Position numbers and translations under genes: made by a program
Notes under the pieces: model-generated
Told to the model about the DNA's origin: nothing
Databases searched by the model: none
Seen by the model: the letters and a program-made list of their open reading frames with translations, nothing else
Shown here: piece by piece, positions 35,697-47,847 of the stretch
How positions within the stretch are numbered: position 1 is the stretch's first letter
Layout: each line of letters opens with the position of its first letter
Source: Zygnema circumcarinatum SAG 698-1b
Lineage: Eukaryota; Plantae; Zygnematophyceae
Assembly: GCA_037447605.1 (NCBI GenBank)
Contig: CM074822.1
Location: 209,492 to 273,491 of the forward strand
Reading direction: 5' to 3'
DNA length: 64,000 nt

Positions 35697-37548
35697 AGAT
35701 CAAGGCAAGTTGTGCCCAATTCACCATTTCAATGAGGGGTCCTTTTTTGGGTATGGGGGGAGGGGGGGGGGGGGGGGGGGGGGGGNNNNNNNNNNGGGGG
35801 GAAGGTGTAGTTGATGTATTTGTATGTGCTTCAGTGGGATTAGTTGGGAGCAGCAGACTTTCTTTCACCAAGTTTTGAGGAAACAAGCCAACCAAGAATA
35901 AATGGGCGCATTGGTGGGAGAGAAGACATGGGAGGGGAGCTTCTGCTCGTCTGAAGAGGCTAACTTCTATGGCGAAAGAGGAATTATTTGTTAAATATAC
36001 TTGTACCCTAGTTTCTTATTGAAGTTCACTTTGTGGCTCGAAGGCTTTCGAAATGGAACCCTAACCAGATCTGAGGACCTTGGTCAGTCCAATCAGTTGG
36101 TCAACCGGTTATTGGTTGGACTTAGCGGCACAGTTTGTCGATAATAAATCCGTAGACCTCGGAAGCTAACCTAGCCGATTTTGACAGTATGTCCATTCAA
36201 TTTGAAAGGATGGGTAGCATTCCTTGGGGAAAATAAGGCTATGAAGAAGAGGCAGAGGGAGAGCCACAGGGGAGATCAAAGAGAGAGAGAGACATAGAGA
36301 GAGATCAAACAGAGGGAGAGACATAGAGGGAGGGAGAGAGGGAGGGAGAGGAGGTAGAGGTAGAACCTTTGTGAACTGTCTCCGCAATAAACAGCAATTG
36401 AAGTTCCAAGTGTCTCCGGGAAACCTTAAAAACAGAGAAAGAAAATAGGCTTTGTGGTGTATACTTTGAATGAGGAAGTCGACAACCTAGAGACCTTAAT
36501 GAGGGTGTTGGGGCTCAAAGAGGGATGGGAAAATGCTGAATGGAAAAGCAAAGCGTGTTCTTACGGAGCAATGCGAGAGATGTGGGCTGAGCGTTTTCGC
36601 CATGTTTACAGTTCGAACCCTTCTTAAGCATGCGACGGCTGTTTCTGTTGTTTTTTTTTTCTTTTTTTTATTCGACTTAGCAAATTATGGGGCTAGTTTC
36701 AAGGTCAATGCAGGGGCTGCAAGTTTGGCACTTGCTTGTGCTTTTGAAGGCCCTTGAAACGAGGGGGCAGACTTATATACATGTTGGAAGGGCTAAACCC
36801 CCAACCCCATCTTACAGACTTTGAAAAAACGAACTTCTTTTGTTCTTTGCTTGACGAAAGTGGCAAGGTACAACTAAAGTTTTTGGGTATATACTTCATG
36901 TATTTTTTTGTGCTGAGGGGGAGATTAGCCTCCCACGGAGCAAAAATCTTGGAAAGCCCTTGAAAGTTGAAACGAACTTCGCAGGATTGGCAGAGGTAAG
37001 TCAGTTGTGAAGATTGAGAGTTTTTTAATTGGGCTCAATGGGTCCATAGCCCAAGAACCACCTACCTTTGGTTCATGGATTTTAGGGTTAGACAAAAAAA
37101 AAAAAACATCGTGACAGGTTAAAACAGCAGTCAGGACCCTCTCCTTTCGATGTTCCATCATCACATGCTGCGGCACACGCACGATGGTTTGTCAAAATTT
37201 GGCAGGCACTCATCTAAAGACGGGAGATCGTTCAGACAGTAATGCCATAGGGGCCGGTAACCCTGAAAAGAATGTTAAACTGAGTTTTCTCTCGCTCTCG
37301 CTCTCTCTCTCTCTCGCTCTCTCTCTCTCTCGCTCTCTCTCTCTCTCTTTCTCACTGTCTGTCCCTCTCTCTGTCTTTGTCTCGCACTCTCTCTCGCTCT
37401 CTCTCTCTCGCTCCCTCACTCTCCCTCCCTACCCAAAAATAATGACAGTAGGAAAGGTAAGCATCCCCCTTATTGCCCCTATTTCTCAAAAAGACATAAC
37501 AATCCGTACGGGATCTGAATAAGATTGCAAGAAACCTACAGTCGCCAC

Positions 37549-38490
37549 TCAATTCAATCCTTCCTCAGCAACAGCAGTCTCCTCAGCGATGCCCTCTTTT
37601 TTTTCCGACCTAAAATCGTTACGAAGCTCTGTGAACCGTTTGAAGCATTGCTGCTTTGACTTTCCGGGGACAGCCATTCCCACTCTGTCCCACCTCATTG
37701 CTGTCTCCTTTGAAAACTGCTTCAAAGCCTTTACAAGGGCAAGGTCCTGCACCTCCGTCCAATCTGTATTCGACCTTGCTGCTTTCGAAGGCAGGTCACC
37801 ATTTCCTTGCATCTCAGAAGCCGAAGATAGAACTGTTGATGAAGAATTCGTATCGGCTGCACTTGCCTTCTTTTCTGCAGCTTCTGCAAGCTGCTTTCCC
37901 AGGATTACTATCTCTTCCATAGGCTTCCGACCACCTACAGTCTGAGCTATAACCTCCCACCTCCTTGCAGTCCCTTTTGGATGTTTTGACATAGCCCTTT
38001 GCAGCATTTCAACATCCTCTGACGTCCATCCACGAGGCAGCTGAACATCAGCAAAAGTAGAATCACCCGTGGGAGAAACCCCCTGCACATCCTCAGCATT
38101 TGCAAGCTTTTTTGCTTGCCCTCTCTGCCTAGCCCCCTTGCTGCCACTGACTGGGATATCCTCATTGTTCCCCTGCTTCTCATCTCCCTTTTGCTCTTCC
38201 CTCGGAATCTCTTCTCCCACCCCAATCCGACAGTCTCCCCCCGTTACCGATCGAGGAGCATAGGGACCAAGCACGAGAGCTATACCAAACCAAATTCCAA
38301 AAAACTGCAAAACTCCGCCTGGCAGGAAGAGCAATGCCACGGCTATAAGCACAACCCCCGTGGCAGCCAGAGGCATTGTCCACGTGGCAACGCTGCTGTC
38401 TCGCTCATCGGCATCCTCAGCCGGCAGGTCTCCTCCAGCAAGTCGGTAGCGAGGTCGAGAGAATGTGTAATCAACGAAGTCATCATCCAT
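37549..38490 (-). CDS. MAMYB: Membrane-anchored MYB/SANT protein (MAMYB-like), single coding exon, 313 aa
   Basis: Two N-terminal TM segments followed by LGPYAPRSVTGGDCRIGVG, then two SANT repeats (WTSEDVEMLQRAMSKHPKGTARRWE; WTEVQDLALVKALKQFSKETAMRWDRV..VPGKSKQQC), matching the recalled Arabidopsis MAMYB architecture. A probable 5'UTR intron holds the (CT)n tract at 38798-39022. Confidence 0.88.
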   Translation of the reverse strand: MDDDFVDYTFSRPRYRLAGGDLPAEDADERDSSVATWTMPLAATGVVLIAVALLFLPGGVLQFFGIWFGIALVLGPYAPRSVTGGDCRIGVGEEIPREEQKGDEKQGNNEDIPVSGSKGARQRGQAKKLANAEDVQGVSPTGDSTFADVQLPRGWTSEDVEMLQRAMSKHPKGTARRWEVIAQTVGGRKPMEEIVILGKQLAEAAEKKASAADTNSSSTVLSSASEMQGNGDLPSKAARSNTDWTEVQDLALVKALKQFSKETAMRWDRVGMAVPGKSKQQCFKRFTELRNDFRSEKKEGIAEETAVAEEGLN

Positions 38491-38797
38491 GGCGATGGAG
38501 CAAAAGCGTTGACTTCAGGGGACATGGACTCACCAAGCCCTACTCGACAGCATTGGACTGACTATTCGCAGTTTTGGGAGTTCAGAAACGGGGCAAGTAA
38601 CAAGAGAGCCTCGCCTGCAAGTTTGGAGGAAGGAAAAACAGTATACTGTAAAAAATCTGTAATCTGTAATGAATCTCTGTGCATCCAGCCCTATTTTCCT
38701 GATAGCCAGCGAGGGAGGCCTTCCCGACGCCAACAGAGCTCGTCTATATACCCTACACCTCGAAGCAGCAGCAGGCAGCAGCAGCAGCAAATGCAAT

Positions 38798-39027
<230 letters not shown>

Positions 39028-40692
39028 CATCCGGCCGTCAGTGGGCATACCTCTCTTCCTTCTCCAAGAGTCTGCGTTGTCTCCGCCCCGGTCTGCTCAC
39101 ATCCGCAGCTTCACAAAGAGCTCAACGAAAGATGAAAGAACGGATCTGGGTTTCAATGATCCATCTCTCTCTCTCCGGCCAAAAAGAAGCAGCAAATTTC
39201 AAAGACGGAGAGCCCTTTTGAAGGTCAGAAATTGGTTGACAAAAAAAAGGCACTCATCGCCACTCAGCCTGACAGCAGAAACCTTCTTTCAGAATTTTAA
39301 GGTTTCTTTTTCGGACCATTTTTTTCCAAGACTGGTTTGCAAACCGAAAATTTAAAAAAAACAAACGATACTATCGATATATCGTAAAACTGTATCGAGT
39401 ACTAGGATTCAGTTCTAACTTAAATTTTCCGGTGTATCGAGATAAATCGCGATATGTCGTGAGATGGTGGCTGGGATCATGCATGGTTTTGGAAACGTTT
39501 GTCAAATGTTGTTGTTCAGTTTTACATGAAATGTCCACATGGTAATCCATCTATGGACGTGGTTGGGAGGCTAGGAACTATGCTTCATGTGTCGCCATGT
39601 TGAACAACCTGTACAATGTTCAACAATGTGCAACCACTACAATGTTGATAGAGCCATTCAAGATACTCAACATGTCGCCAAATCCACAACGTGTGCTGGT
39701 TACAAGCCGGGAAATGGAAAAACCAGGAAATGTGTATGCACATTCGCTGACGTGGCACGCTATGATTGGTCCAATTCCAACAAAAATGTCCCCGTGTGGC
39801 AGACATGGGGGAGAACACCATGCATGCATGCATGCAATGGCAGGGAGGGACGGAGGGAGGAGGGAGGGAGGGAGGGAGGGAGGGAATGCATGCATGCATG
39901 CTCAACGACCCATCGCTTCAGAAGCATAACAGTGACGCAACAGAACTGCCAACTGCGACATGGAACATCACATGAATACAGCAGGGAGCTCAATTACCCA
40001 CCATTTTTTTACTGATGCAAAAGCACATGCCACAAGATGATGGATACATATGACCTTAAAAATAGTTTCTCTCCCACCAGATCTCCTCATCACCCGCCAA
40101 GTCTCAATATAATCTCTCTGCTATGTCTCAGCTATACCATTCACTACATGCTAAGCTTATTACTGTACCACAAATCAACTCCCTCTAATGTTCTCTCTGT
40201 TATATTACCAGCACTGGTGCCAATAGTAAACACTCCTGCAGTGCCTCCCCACCTACCATCTGACTACACTTCATTGCATGTTCTTCCAAGACAGCTAACC
40301 CCAAAATAAAGAAAGAATCTACCATATTAATGTAATGTCCAAATAAGTATTTTGTAAGGAGCCTCACCTGCCTCCCTTCCCCCCCCCTCCCCTCCCTCCC
40401 TCCCTCCCTCCCTCTCCTGCATCAACACTCCATAACAGACAAGAAGTTCTAGATGTGGCTGAATTTCTCCCTTTCTTCACTTCCAAACGTCTTCATCTGC
40501 TCAACCATTTCTCTCTAACCAGTTAAAAACCGGTTCAAAGCTAAGTCACTACCATACGAGTCCACCTGCTTTCGTACAATAATGATGCTCCACAATCAGA
40601 CTGCCATTTGAAGCGCGCGAAACCACGAAGGAAGGATGCTCATATGAATGGCTGCAAAACAGAAGAGCGTCAAAATCAGCGAGAGGAAAGGT

Positions 40693-40760
<68 letters not shown>

Positions 40761-40967
40761 GGAAGGACATCATGAAAATCACTGTCTTCAGAAAAAGTAT
40801 TCAGGCAAATACTTAGCATCCTCATTCACCGAAGAAAGCATTTTTGCTGGAAAACGTCCAGAGATCATAATAAAGGGTCAGGATAATCTGAAAGAATCCC
40901 TTTTGGGATGTTAGCAGGAAGTTGAAAGAGCATGCAGATATACCTTTCACAGGATACTTTCGGTCGA

Positions 40968-43637
40968 TTAGGGCAGATCTTTCTTCATAACAAAGAGAGA
41001 GTTTGACGAGGATAGTGCCCCCGGGACCAACACATTTCCACGACTTCGCCGCTGCACTTCGTTAAACTGATTAGATATAATGGCGAACAGGTCACCATCC
41101 TCTGGAGAAAGCTTGCTCGGCCTTTCTCTTGATGACTGAGAACGGGAAAAGGAAGGTGCAGGAGCAGCCACTGGTGGAGGGAAAGGTGCAGAATATGATG
41201 ACTGCATCATGGAAGAGTTCAAGAAAGCATTCGAGAAAGGTGAAGGAGACCCAACTCCCGACTCCATTCGATTGGAAAAGTTCTCACGTGACCTTGCATG
41301 TGTAATGCGTGGGGAGAGTTTGTGCAAAGGAGGAGATGGAGGGGTGACTTTAGGAGTGGCTGGGGGTGTGATAGGAGGGGTAGTTGGTGGAGTAACAGCA
41401 GAGGAGATGGAAGGATCATTTGACCCTCTGATTGAAGGTACAATATCGGACACATTTCGCTGCTCAGGAAGTGCATTGGGAGGAGGGGGTCTTGGCAAAA
41501 AGGAGGGTGCTAAAACAGTACTGGCTGAAACACTCCTGTTATATCTGTTTGGTCCTGAAACTCTGATAGCACGAGGACTCCCTGTATTTAACTCCATATT
41601 GTTTTGCCGGGAATTGCCTTCGGAGGAAGGACGATTGTCATCGAGGGTGCCCATAGGGGAGAGACCGGAAGAGAGTGCCACGTTGGCAGAGAGAGTGATG
41701 GGTTGTGCATCTAGTCTTGAAGAAGCCATGGTGAGTTCACTGACTGAACCTAACCTCACACCTGCAGAGGGAGAGCCACTATCTAACAGAATATTGGGAG
41801 GTGCCATAGAGTCAGCATTGACCATTTGGGTTGTTGGATGAATGTTACCATCTCCTTCTTTCAGCCGCAGCTGTGATAATTGATGGAAGAATTCCCTGCT
41901 TGCCTCCGTCTCCGACCAACCTTCCGACATAGCATCATCTGACTGTCTACTGATCTGAGAAAGTCTTTCATCCTCTGCATTGGGAGACTGCCATCTGCCG
42001 TATTTTTCTGCATTCCCACCTTCCAATCCCATCCGCTCTCTCTGCTTCTCTGCCAAGTCGTTAGCCTTTTGGAGTTTGCTAATTGCTAACTCTTTCAAGC
42101 TGGAAATCCTCTTCGCATTTGCATCAGCCAACGACATTTCCGCCACGACTTTCGTTGGAACATTTGTTGCTGCTATCGGTGCAGTTGTGATGAATCCCAC
42201 ATCACTCGGATTTGCTCCCCGGTAATTCCCGCATGCCGAACACTTTGCCACATTCACTTTGTTCACTAAAGTACAGATGCGGCAGCCCCAAGTCGTCTCC
42301 TCTACCTCAGCTTCTCTCCATTCAGCACCACCAACACCTGCAACTGGAAGACCTGTAGTGCCTCCTTCCGGTTTATTCAGCAATCTTGCTGTGTAACATG
42401 CCGCACATTTCTGAGCTGACTCGACATTCTCCAGAGTACAAACATGGCATTGCCACTTCTCAGTACTGGGAGTGTCCTCTTTTTTCTCCTTCATTGATCT
42501 CTTTCTCACCAATTCTTGAGCTTTACCTACGTCCCCTGGCTGCAACCTCCTCATATCCAACCCCTGCACAAATTTCTCTTGTCTCAATTCTTCCAATACC
42601 CCTGTAACTTCTAAAGCTTTCCCCAAAGGGGGAGCCTCTGCCAACCATCCCATCCCTCTTCCTCGACTAATAGGGGCACCCTTACTAACAAGCCCTCCTC
42701 CTTTGCTCCCAACGAGGAACTCCTCCTTCTTACCTCTCCTTACTCCTTGAGGTGACCCTCCTTGAGGTGACCGTCCTTCTGGAGGAGTACCTTTGAGACT
42801 GCCCCAAAACCCAACGGGCGACCCCGTGTATGTCTCTTCTGAACTCCTTACCTTCACCACTATTTCATCGCCGCTTCGCTCATCCATGCTGCCTGTGCCA
42901 TCATCTTCAAGAACCCCCTTTTCCATATATTCTTGAACCTTCAACTCCTCGTTTGCAGTTTGCGTTTCGGAGGTGGTAGAGCCATAGCCTACTTTATTTC
43001 CCATGACAAGTCCGAAATTTGAGTCGGCAGGACTTGATGAAGCAGAGCGAATCACCTGTACGTCTCTCGTCCCACTCCCAGTGTCCTGATCTTCCCCAGT
43101 CTCCTTCCCCTTTTCAGGACCAACATTCACTCGGACCAAACGACCAGCATCCAACTCATCCTCTTCATACATTTCGTGAACATCTCGGTTTGCATTTTTC
43201 CAAATAGATTCGCCCGTCCCTCCCACTCCCTCTCCCACTCCCTCTCCCTGCTCTTTCCGGACTGAGACCTGTGCGTCTCCCTCCGACAAGCCTCCCTCCA
43301 CGCAAACGTCTTCAAACCGACCAAATTTCTTCTCTATAAAAGTGCAGTGATTCAATATTGCAGCCATAAAGGCGTCGCTCTGCCGCTGAGCGCTCTCGGC
43401 CTGCGCCCTGATTGTTGCAAGCTGCATGGAGGCCATGACGCGCTGTTTTCCCTCTCTGCCAACATTCACAGCCACTTCATCCATTGGAGCGAGAGCTACT
43501 GCAGAGCGGAGAGCAGTCAAAGCAATATGCGCTGCTTTACCGAGCCGCTCTATGAGGGCCCAGTGCTGCCTCAGATGCTCTGCAGTATACTCATTGCTCG
43601 CAAGTTGCGCAGCGCCGCCTGAAGGCGCGGCATCCAT
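40968..43637 (-). CDS. Uncharacterised ~889-aa protein with two RanBP2/NZF-type zinc fingers
   Basis: Long non-repetitive ORF; first ATG at 43637 (MDAAPSGG). Fingers WQCHVCTLENVESAQKCAAC and WGCRICTLVNKVNVAKCSAC; helical N-terminus, S/P-rich C-terminus. An acceptor-like AG upstream of the ATG means an upstream exon is possible. Confidence 0.8.
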   Translation of the reverse strand: MDAAPSGGAAQLASNEYTAEHLRQHWALIERLGKAAHIALTALRSAVALAPMDEVAVNVGREGKQRVMASMQLATIRAQAESAQRQSDAFMAAILNHCTFIEKKFGRFEDVCVEGGLSEGDAQVSVRKEQGEGVGEGVGGTGESIWKNANRDVHEMYEEDELDAGRLVRVNVGPEKGKETGEDQDTGSGTRDVQVIRSASSSPADSNFGLVMGNKVGYGSTTSETQTANEELKVQEYMEKGVLEDDGTGSMDERSGDEIVVKVRSSEETYTGSPVGFWGSLKGTPPEGRSPQGGSPQGVRRGKKEEFLVGSKGGGLVSKGAPISRGRGMGWLAEAPPLGKALEVTGVLEELRQEKFVQGLDMRRLQPGDVGKAQELVRKRSMKEKKEDTPSTEKWQCHVCTLENVESAQKCAACYTARLLNKPEGGTTGLPVAGVGGAEWREAEVEETTWGCRICTLVNKVNVAKCSACGNYRGANPSDVGFITTAPIAATNVPTKVVAEMSLADANAKRISSLKELAISKLQKANDLAEKQRERMGLEGGNAEKYGRWQSPNAEDERLSQISRQSDDAMSEGWSETEASREFFHQLSQLRLKEGDGNIHPTTQMVNADSMAPPNILLDSGSPSAGVRLGSVSELTMASSRLDAQPITLSANVALSSGLSPMGTLDDNRPSSEGNSRQNNMELNTGSPRAIRVSGPNRYNRSVSASTVLAPSFLPRPPPPNALPEQRNVSDIVPSIRGSNDPSISSAVTPPTTPPITPPATPKVTPPSPPLHKLSPRITHARSRENFSNRMESGVGSPSPFSNAFLNSSMMQSSYSAPFPPPVAAPAPSFSRSQSSRERPSKLSPEDGDLFAIISNQFNEVQRRSRGNVLVPGALSSSNSLFVMKKDLP

Positions 43638-43679
43638 CGCAGATATTTTCCGGAAAGGTGAGCCTACAACTGTCAATCC

Positions 43680-44030
43680 TCCTCCTTGGCTCTATCTCTC
43701 CCCTCCTGCTCCTCTCACCTCTCTCACTTCTCCACTTCTGTCTCCCTCCCTCCTTCACCCTCACCCTCTCACTCCCCCTCTCCCACTCGCCCTCCCACTC
43801 TCTCCCTCCCCCGTCCCTCTCTCTCCCACTTCCCCCTCCTCCCCTCCCTCTCTCTCGTTCTCCCTCCCACCCTCCCTCCCTCCCACTCCCCCCTTCCCTC
43901 TCTTCCCCTCCCTCACTCTCCTTCCCCCTCCCACCCTCCCTCTCCCTTTCCCTCCTCTCCCTCTCTTGCTCTCTCCCTCTCCCTCCCTCTCTTGCTCTCC
44001 ATTTTCCTCTCTCCCTCTCCCCCTTCCTAA
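43680..44030. repeat. CT-rich low-complexity tract upstream of the NZF-protein ATG
   Basis: Read directly. Confidence 0.88.
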
Positions 44031-44281
44031 TGCGGGGGAGAAATCTAGTTGACCGCTCGCTTGCAACTACAGTATACGTCTTTCAATAGCTCCTCAATTT
44101 TGAAAATGGAAATAGGAAAATAGGAGAAAATACATTACAAAACTAGTACATGTATTACATATTATATATATAAATATTGAACTGCGCAGTATTTATTATG
44201 AAACATTACTCTACCCAAAATGCTTCTGTATTCTTCAAGATTGACGTGCTCTAAATATTTGTGCTCTTCCAATAACGATTC

Positions 44282-44308
44282 GCCACGTGTACCATATGTA
44301 CACGTGGC
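44282..44308. promoter_or_regulatory. Palindromic double G-box/ABRE-like site between divergently transcribed genes
   Basis: GCCACGTGTAC-catat-GTACACGTGGC, a perfect 11-bp inverted repeat. Confidence 0.45.
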
Positions 44309-44892
44309 ATGTCACCATTGGATTATAATACGTTAGAAAATTCCAGGAAGCCGAAAGGCTCCAACTACGAAAACGACAGTCCCTTCGGGGACGGCAAGCG
44401 CCTCGCAATACGGACGTTGGTAATTCAATTGAGCGGACGCAGTGGACAGATCGAGGCCGCGTTCAGCGCAGTACATGGGCGGATGCTCGGACGCGCGAGG
44501 ACGCGCTCAGCTGTACGGCAGGACCCTAAGGACGGACCCGAAAAAAATAAAATGTGACCATACTGGACCAATCATATTGTGTCACGTCAGTAAATATACG
44601 CGCCGTGATTGGCTTCTACTGCTGGCCGCCAATCAGAACCGTCAACGTAGTTAGAAACACACCCCTGTGACGTCCACGCGGCTACAAACGCACCCCTGCA
44701 AGGTCCAGGAAATTCCGGCGGGGAAACCGGCGGAGACCCAATATCGAGACGATGCCTGCCGTATGGTACGGAAAGGTCGACGGTACGGATTTAACTGTTG
44801 ACCGTATCGTACGGCCTTGGATTCCTCTGAGGGGCGAGTCAAAGTCCGACGATGTATGGTTGGGGAGCGAACGAATCATGTGAATCTCATGT

Positions 44893-44926
<34 letters not shown>

Positions 44927-45291
44927 TTTGATTCTGTCCATGTACATTTGATGGGCTCGCCATCGTGAGATCAATGCCACTTCCGTTCATGTTGCATTTC
45001 AAACCAAGGCGAGCGGCTGTTAGGGACTAGGGGTTTTTCGTGGTTCTTGAGCGAACCACGAAGAGTTTATTGCGTTCCAGTTCAAACTGGACTGTAACTG
45101 GATCGTAACTGGACTGTGACAGCGACAAGGAGTCTTGGAAGGAGGAGGCTCAGCGGAAAGGCTCAGTCCTCTATATTTTTTTTGTGTTCATAATTTCATT
45201 GCACGAGAGATGGATTCAGTGCTTTCAAACAAACAAGAGAGAGAGAAAGAGGAATGAAGTTACAATTATAAACTCATATTAAAGCTCAGCC

Positions 45292-47847
45292 ATGGCTACC
45301 ATGTTCAGATTTCTTCAAAAAAGCAGGAGTGGCCTGCAGAGACAGCTGTCCTCATCTTGTCAGTCGAAAGCTGCTGCTGCTGCTGCTGCTTCAAGGAGCT
45401 CCAATTGTGCCCAAAAGCACAGTGATGAGGGAGTGTGTGAAGCCCTGTCTTGCATGCAGTCGAGTCTGTGGAGGAGAGAGAGCAGGAGACATGTTCAGAC
45501 GACAAATTGGATGAACTTGGGACGCAGCGAACGCTCGGAATATGTATGTATGCACGAGTTATTGTTTCGTTGTTCCATTTTCGCTGTTCTTTTCTATTTT
45601 TCCATCCATGGTTGTTTCTTACATTGTTTGAAATGTTTCGTACTTGGTTTGCATGCGCGATTAAGATTTAGGCTAAAAGAAGTCGACTGTGTCGTAATTA
45701 ATCTATTAAATACATTTCGTGCTTTACAACATTCAAACGCTGCTTACCTTTTCAGATTGCATGGCCTGCCGAAGTGAATGTGCAGTTTGTTTTCAAAAAA
45801 ATTGTTGTATTCGGAGTCAAGTCCATGTTGCAATGTCAATGAAGTAGCATTTGTGCCCCTTGCCAGGCTGGTGTTGCAGGGCTACTTTTGAGACGAGGAT
45901 TCGCGTCAGAGAGTCAGCAGGAAGGCGAAAAGCTCAAAGCGTTGCCAGAACCGTCAGGACCTGCGAATATAAGGCGTGGTTTGCGGCAAGGGGTCAGTGC
46001 CCTTTCTTTTTTTTTCCCGATCTCATCCTAGTTACACATATATAGGTTTATCTGTTATACTTAGAGAAGAATCTCCTTTTCTCCCCCTCTGCTTCTTGTT
46101 ATAGTTCTTGAGTGATGTGTTCTCCATGATTGTTCTCAGTGGAGATGGGATGTGAAGTTTCTTCGCGCTGTGTGCCTTTACAGTAGAGCTGGCTGAGTAC
46201 AAATGGAGGAGGGCCGGTGGGGTAATGCAGCCGGTGACATGGGGAAGCCTCGTTGCTCTGATCATTACAGGAGCTGGCCTTCTTTATTATTACGACTCTG
46301 AAAAGCGACGACGTTTAGAAGGTAGGCCAGAATCTTTCTAGACGTCCCCCCTTACCTTCCCACCTCCCCCTCTTTCCTCGGTTCCCCCTTCCCCCCCCTC
46401 CCCCTCCCCCCTCCCCCTCTTCCCCATCCTCGGTTCCCCCTTCCCCCCCCTCCCCCTCCCCCCTCTTTCCCTTCCCACCTTTCCTCTCTCCCCCCTCCCC
46501 CCTCCCGCCTCTCCCCCCTCCCCCCTCCCCTCTCTCCCCCCTCCCCCCTTCTCCCCCTCTCCCCATTCTTCGCCCCTCCCCCTTCTCCCCTTCCCCCTTC
46601 CCCTCCCCCTCTCCCTTCTCACCCCTGGTGGCCTTTGGTGGGCGTTCACAGTTGTGAAGCAGGGTAGCCCTGTAGGTAAAGCCGCCATTGGTGGTCCTTT
46701 CGCTCTCGTGGACAACACTGGCAAGCCAACGACTGAGAATGATCTGAAGGGCGTATGGAATCTGATCTACTTCGGTTTTACATACTGCCCAGATATCTGT
46801 CCTGATGAACTTCAGAAAATGGCAGCAGCTGTGGACCTTGTGGGTGAGCGGAACGCCCCAAGTGGGGGCCTTTTGAAAGTTTTTGGGGGGGGGGGGGGGG
46901 GTTGGATTGTAAAATAGTCAGATGCTTTAAGTTTACAAGCAGTACTCAGGATACGTGCTGTAGGACAAACACTTGTGAGTATGCTCTGTCCTTATCTCAT
47001 TGAACACCGACGTTTCAGTAAAGAAAACGGCCAGAGTTATATTGAAGTAGCTGCCCATCGAGTGGTCTTATTTCCTGCAGAGAAGAAGACCGGGCTGAAG
47101 ATACGGCCTGTGTTCATCTCCATAGATCCTGAGCGCGATACGGTGGAGCAGGTAGACCTCTATGTGAAAGGTGACTAGAAATCTCTCTCTCTCTCTCTCT
47201 CCCTCTGTCACTCTCTCCCTCTCCCTCTGTCGCTTTCTCTCTCTCTCCCTCTCCCTCTCTCTCCCCCTCCCTCTCTCTTTCTCTCTCTCTCTCCCTCTCC
47301 CTCTCTCTCTCTCCCTCCCTCTCTCTCCCTGTCGCAAGTACATTGCAAGGGCTGCAACAGCGATTCAGGGTATGGGTTGGAATTCTATGCATGAGCGGGA
47401 GAGTGTATGCGGATACCGTGAATGTATTTATTGTAAGCTCACATGTTTCCACCAAATTTTCTGCAGAATTCCATCCCCGTCTGTTGGGACTTACTGGAAG
47501 TGTTGAAGCTGTAAGGCAGGCTGCCCGAGAGTACCGAGTGTACTACATGAAGACAGAGGAAGAAGGCAGTGACTATCTCGTGGATCACTCCATCATTATG
47601 TGAGTCTTTTCTTGATTTATCTGAACAATCGTAAGGATACATTCTTGCCCATGTAGATGCTTCCGGCTTTTTGTATCTATGAAGTTCTTTATATAGCTCA
47701 CTCCTCCGTTCGATGTAATTCTTTCGTCTGTATAGGTATCTCATGGACGCCAACATGGAGTTTGTGAAATTTTTTGGGAAAAACTACACAGCTGAGGCGT
47801 TGGCTGATGGCATTGCTGAGGAGGTCAAGAACTGGAGTGGCAAGTAG
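45292..47847 (+). CDS. SCO1: Mitochondrial copper chaperone SCO1 (HCC1-like)
   Basis: Presequence-like exon 1 from 45292 (donor ~45543-45547; boundary and next acceptor 45867/45880 uncertain), exon ending 45992, then 46231-46321 (TM, PVTWGSL..YYYD), 46652-46843 ([24 protein letters not shown], CxxxC), 47081-47170 ([11 protein letters not shown]), 47467-47599 (LLGLTG..YLVDHSI), 47736-47847. Confidence 0.95.
46345..46620. repeat. C/T-rich tract in a SCO1 intron
   Basis: C-run-rich pyrimidine tract ~25 nt after the donor at 46322. Confidence 0.9.

Noticed and set aside
41209-41841. 210-aa plus-strand ORF, also 37589-37945, 38116-38799, 11917-12300 and 61089-61364
   Set aside because: Antisense shadows of well-supported coding exons.
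44515-44540. Telomerase RNA template (ACCCTAA)
   Set aside because: Only 7 nt, shorter than a repeat-plus-alignment template, and no USE/TATA promoter was recognised.
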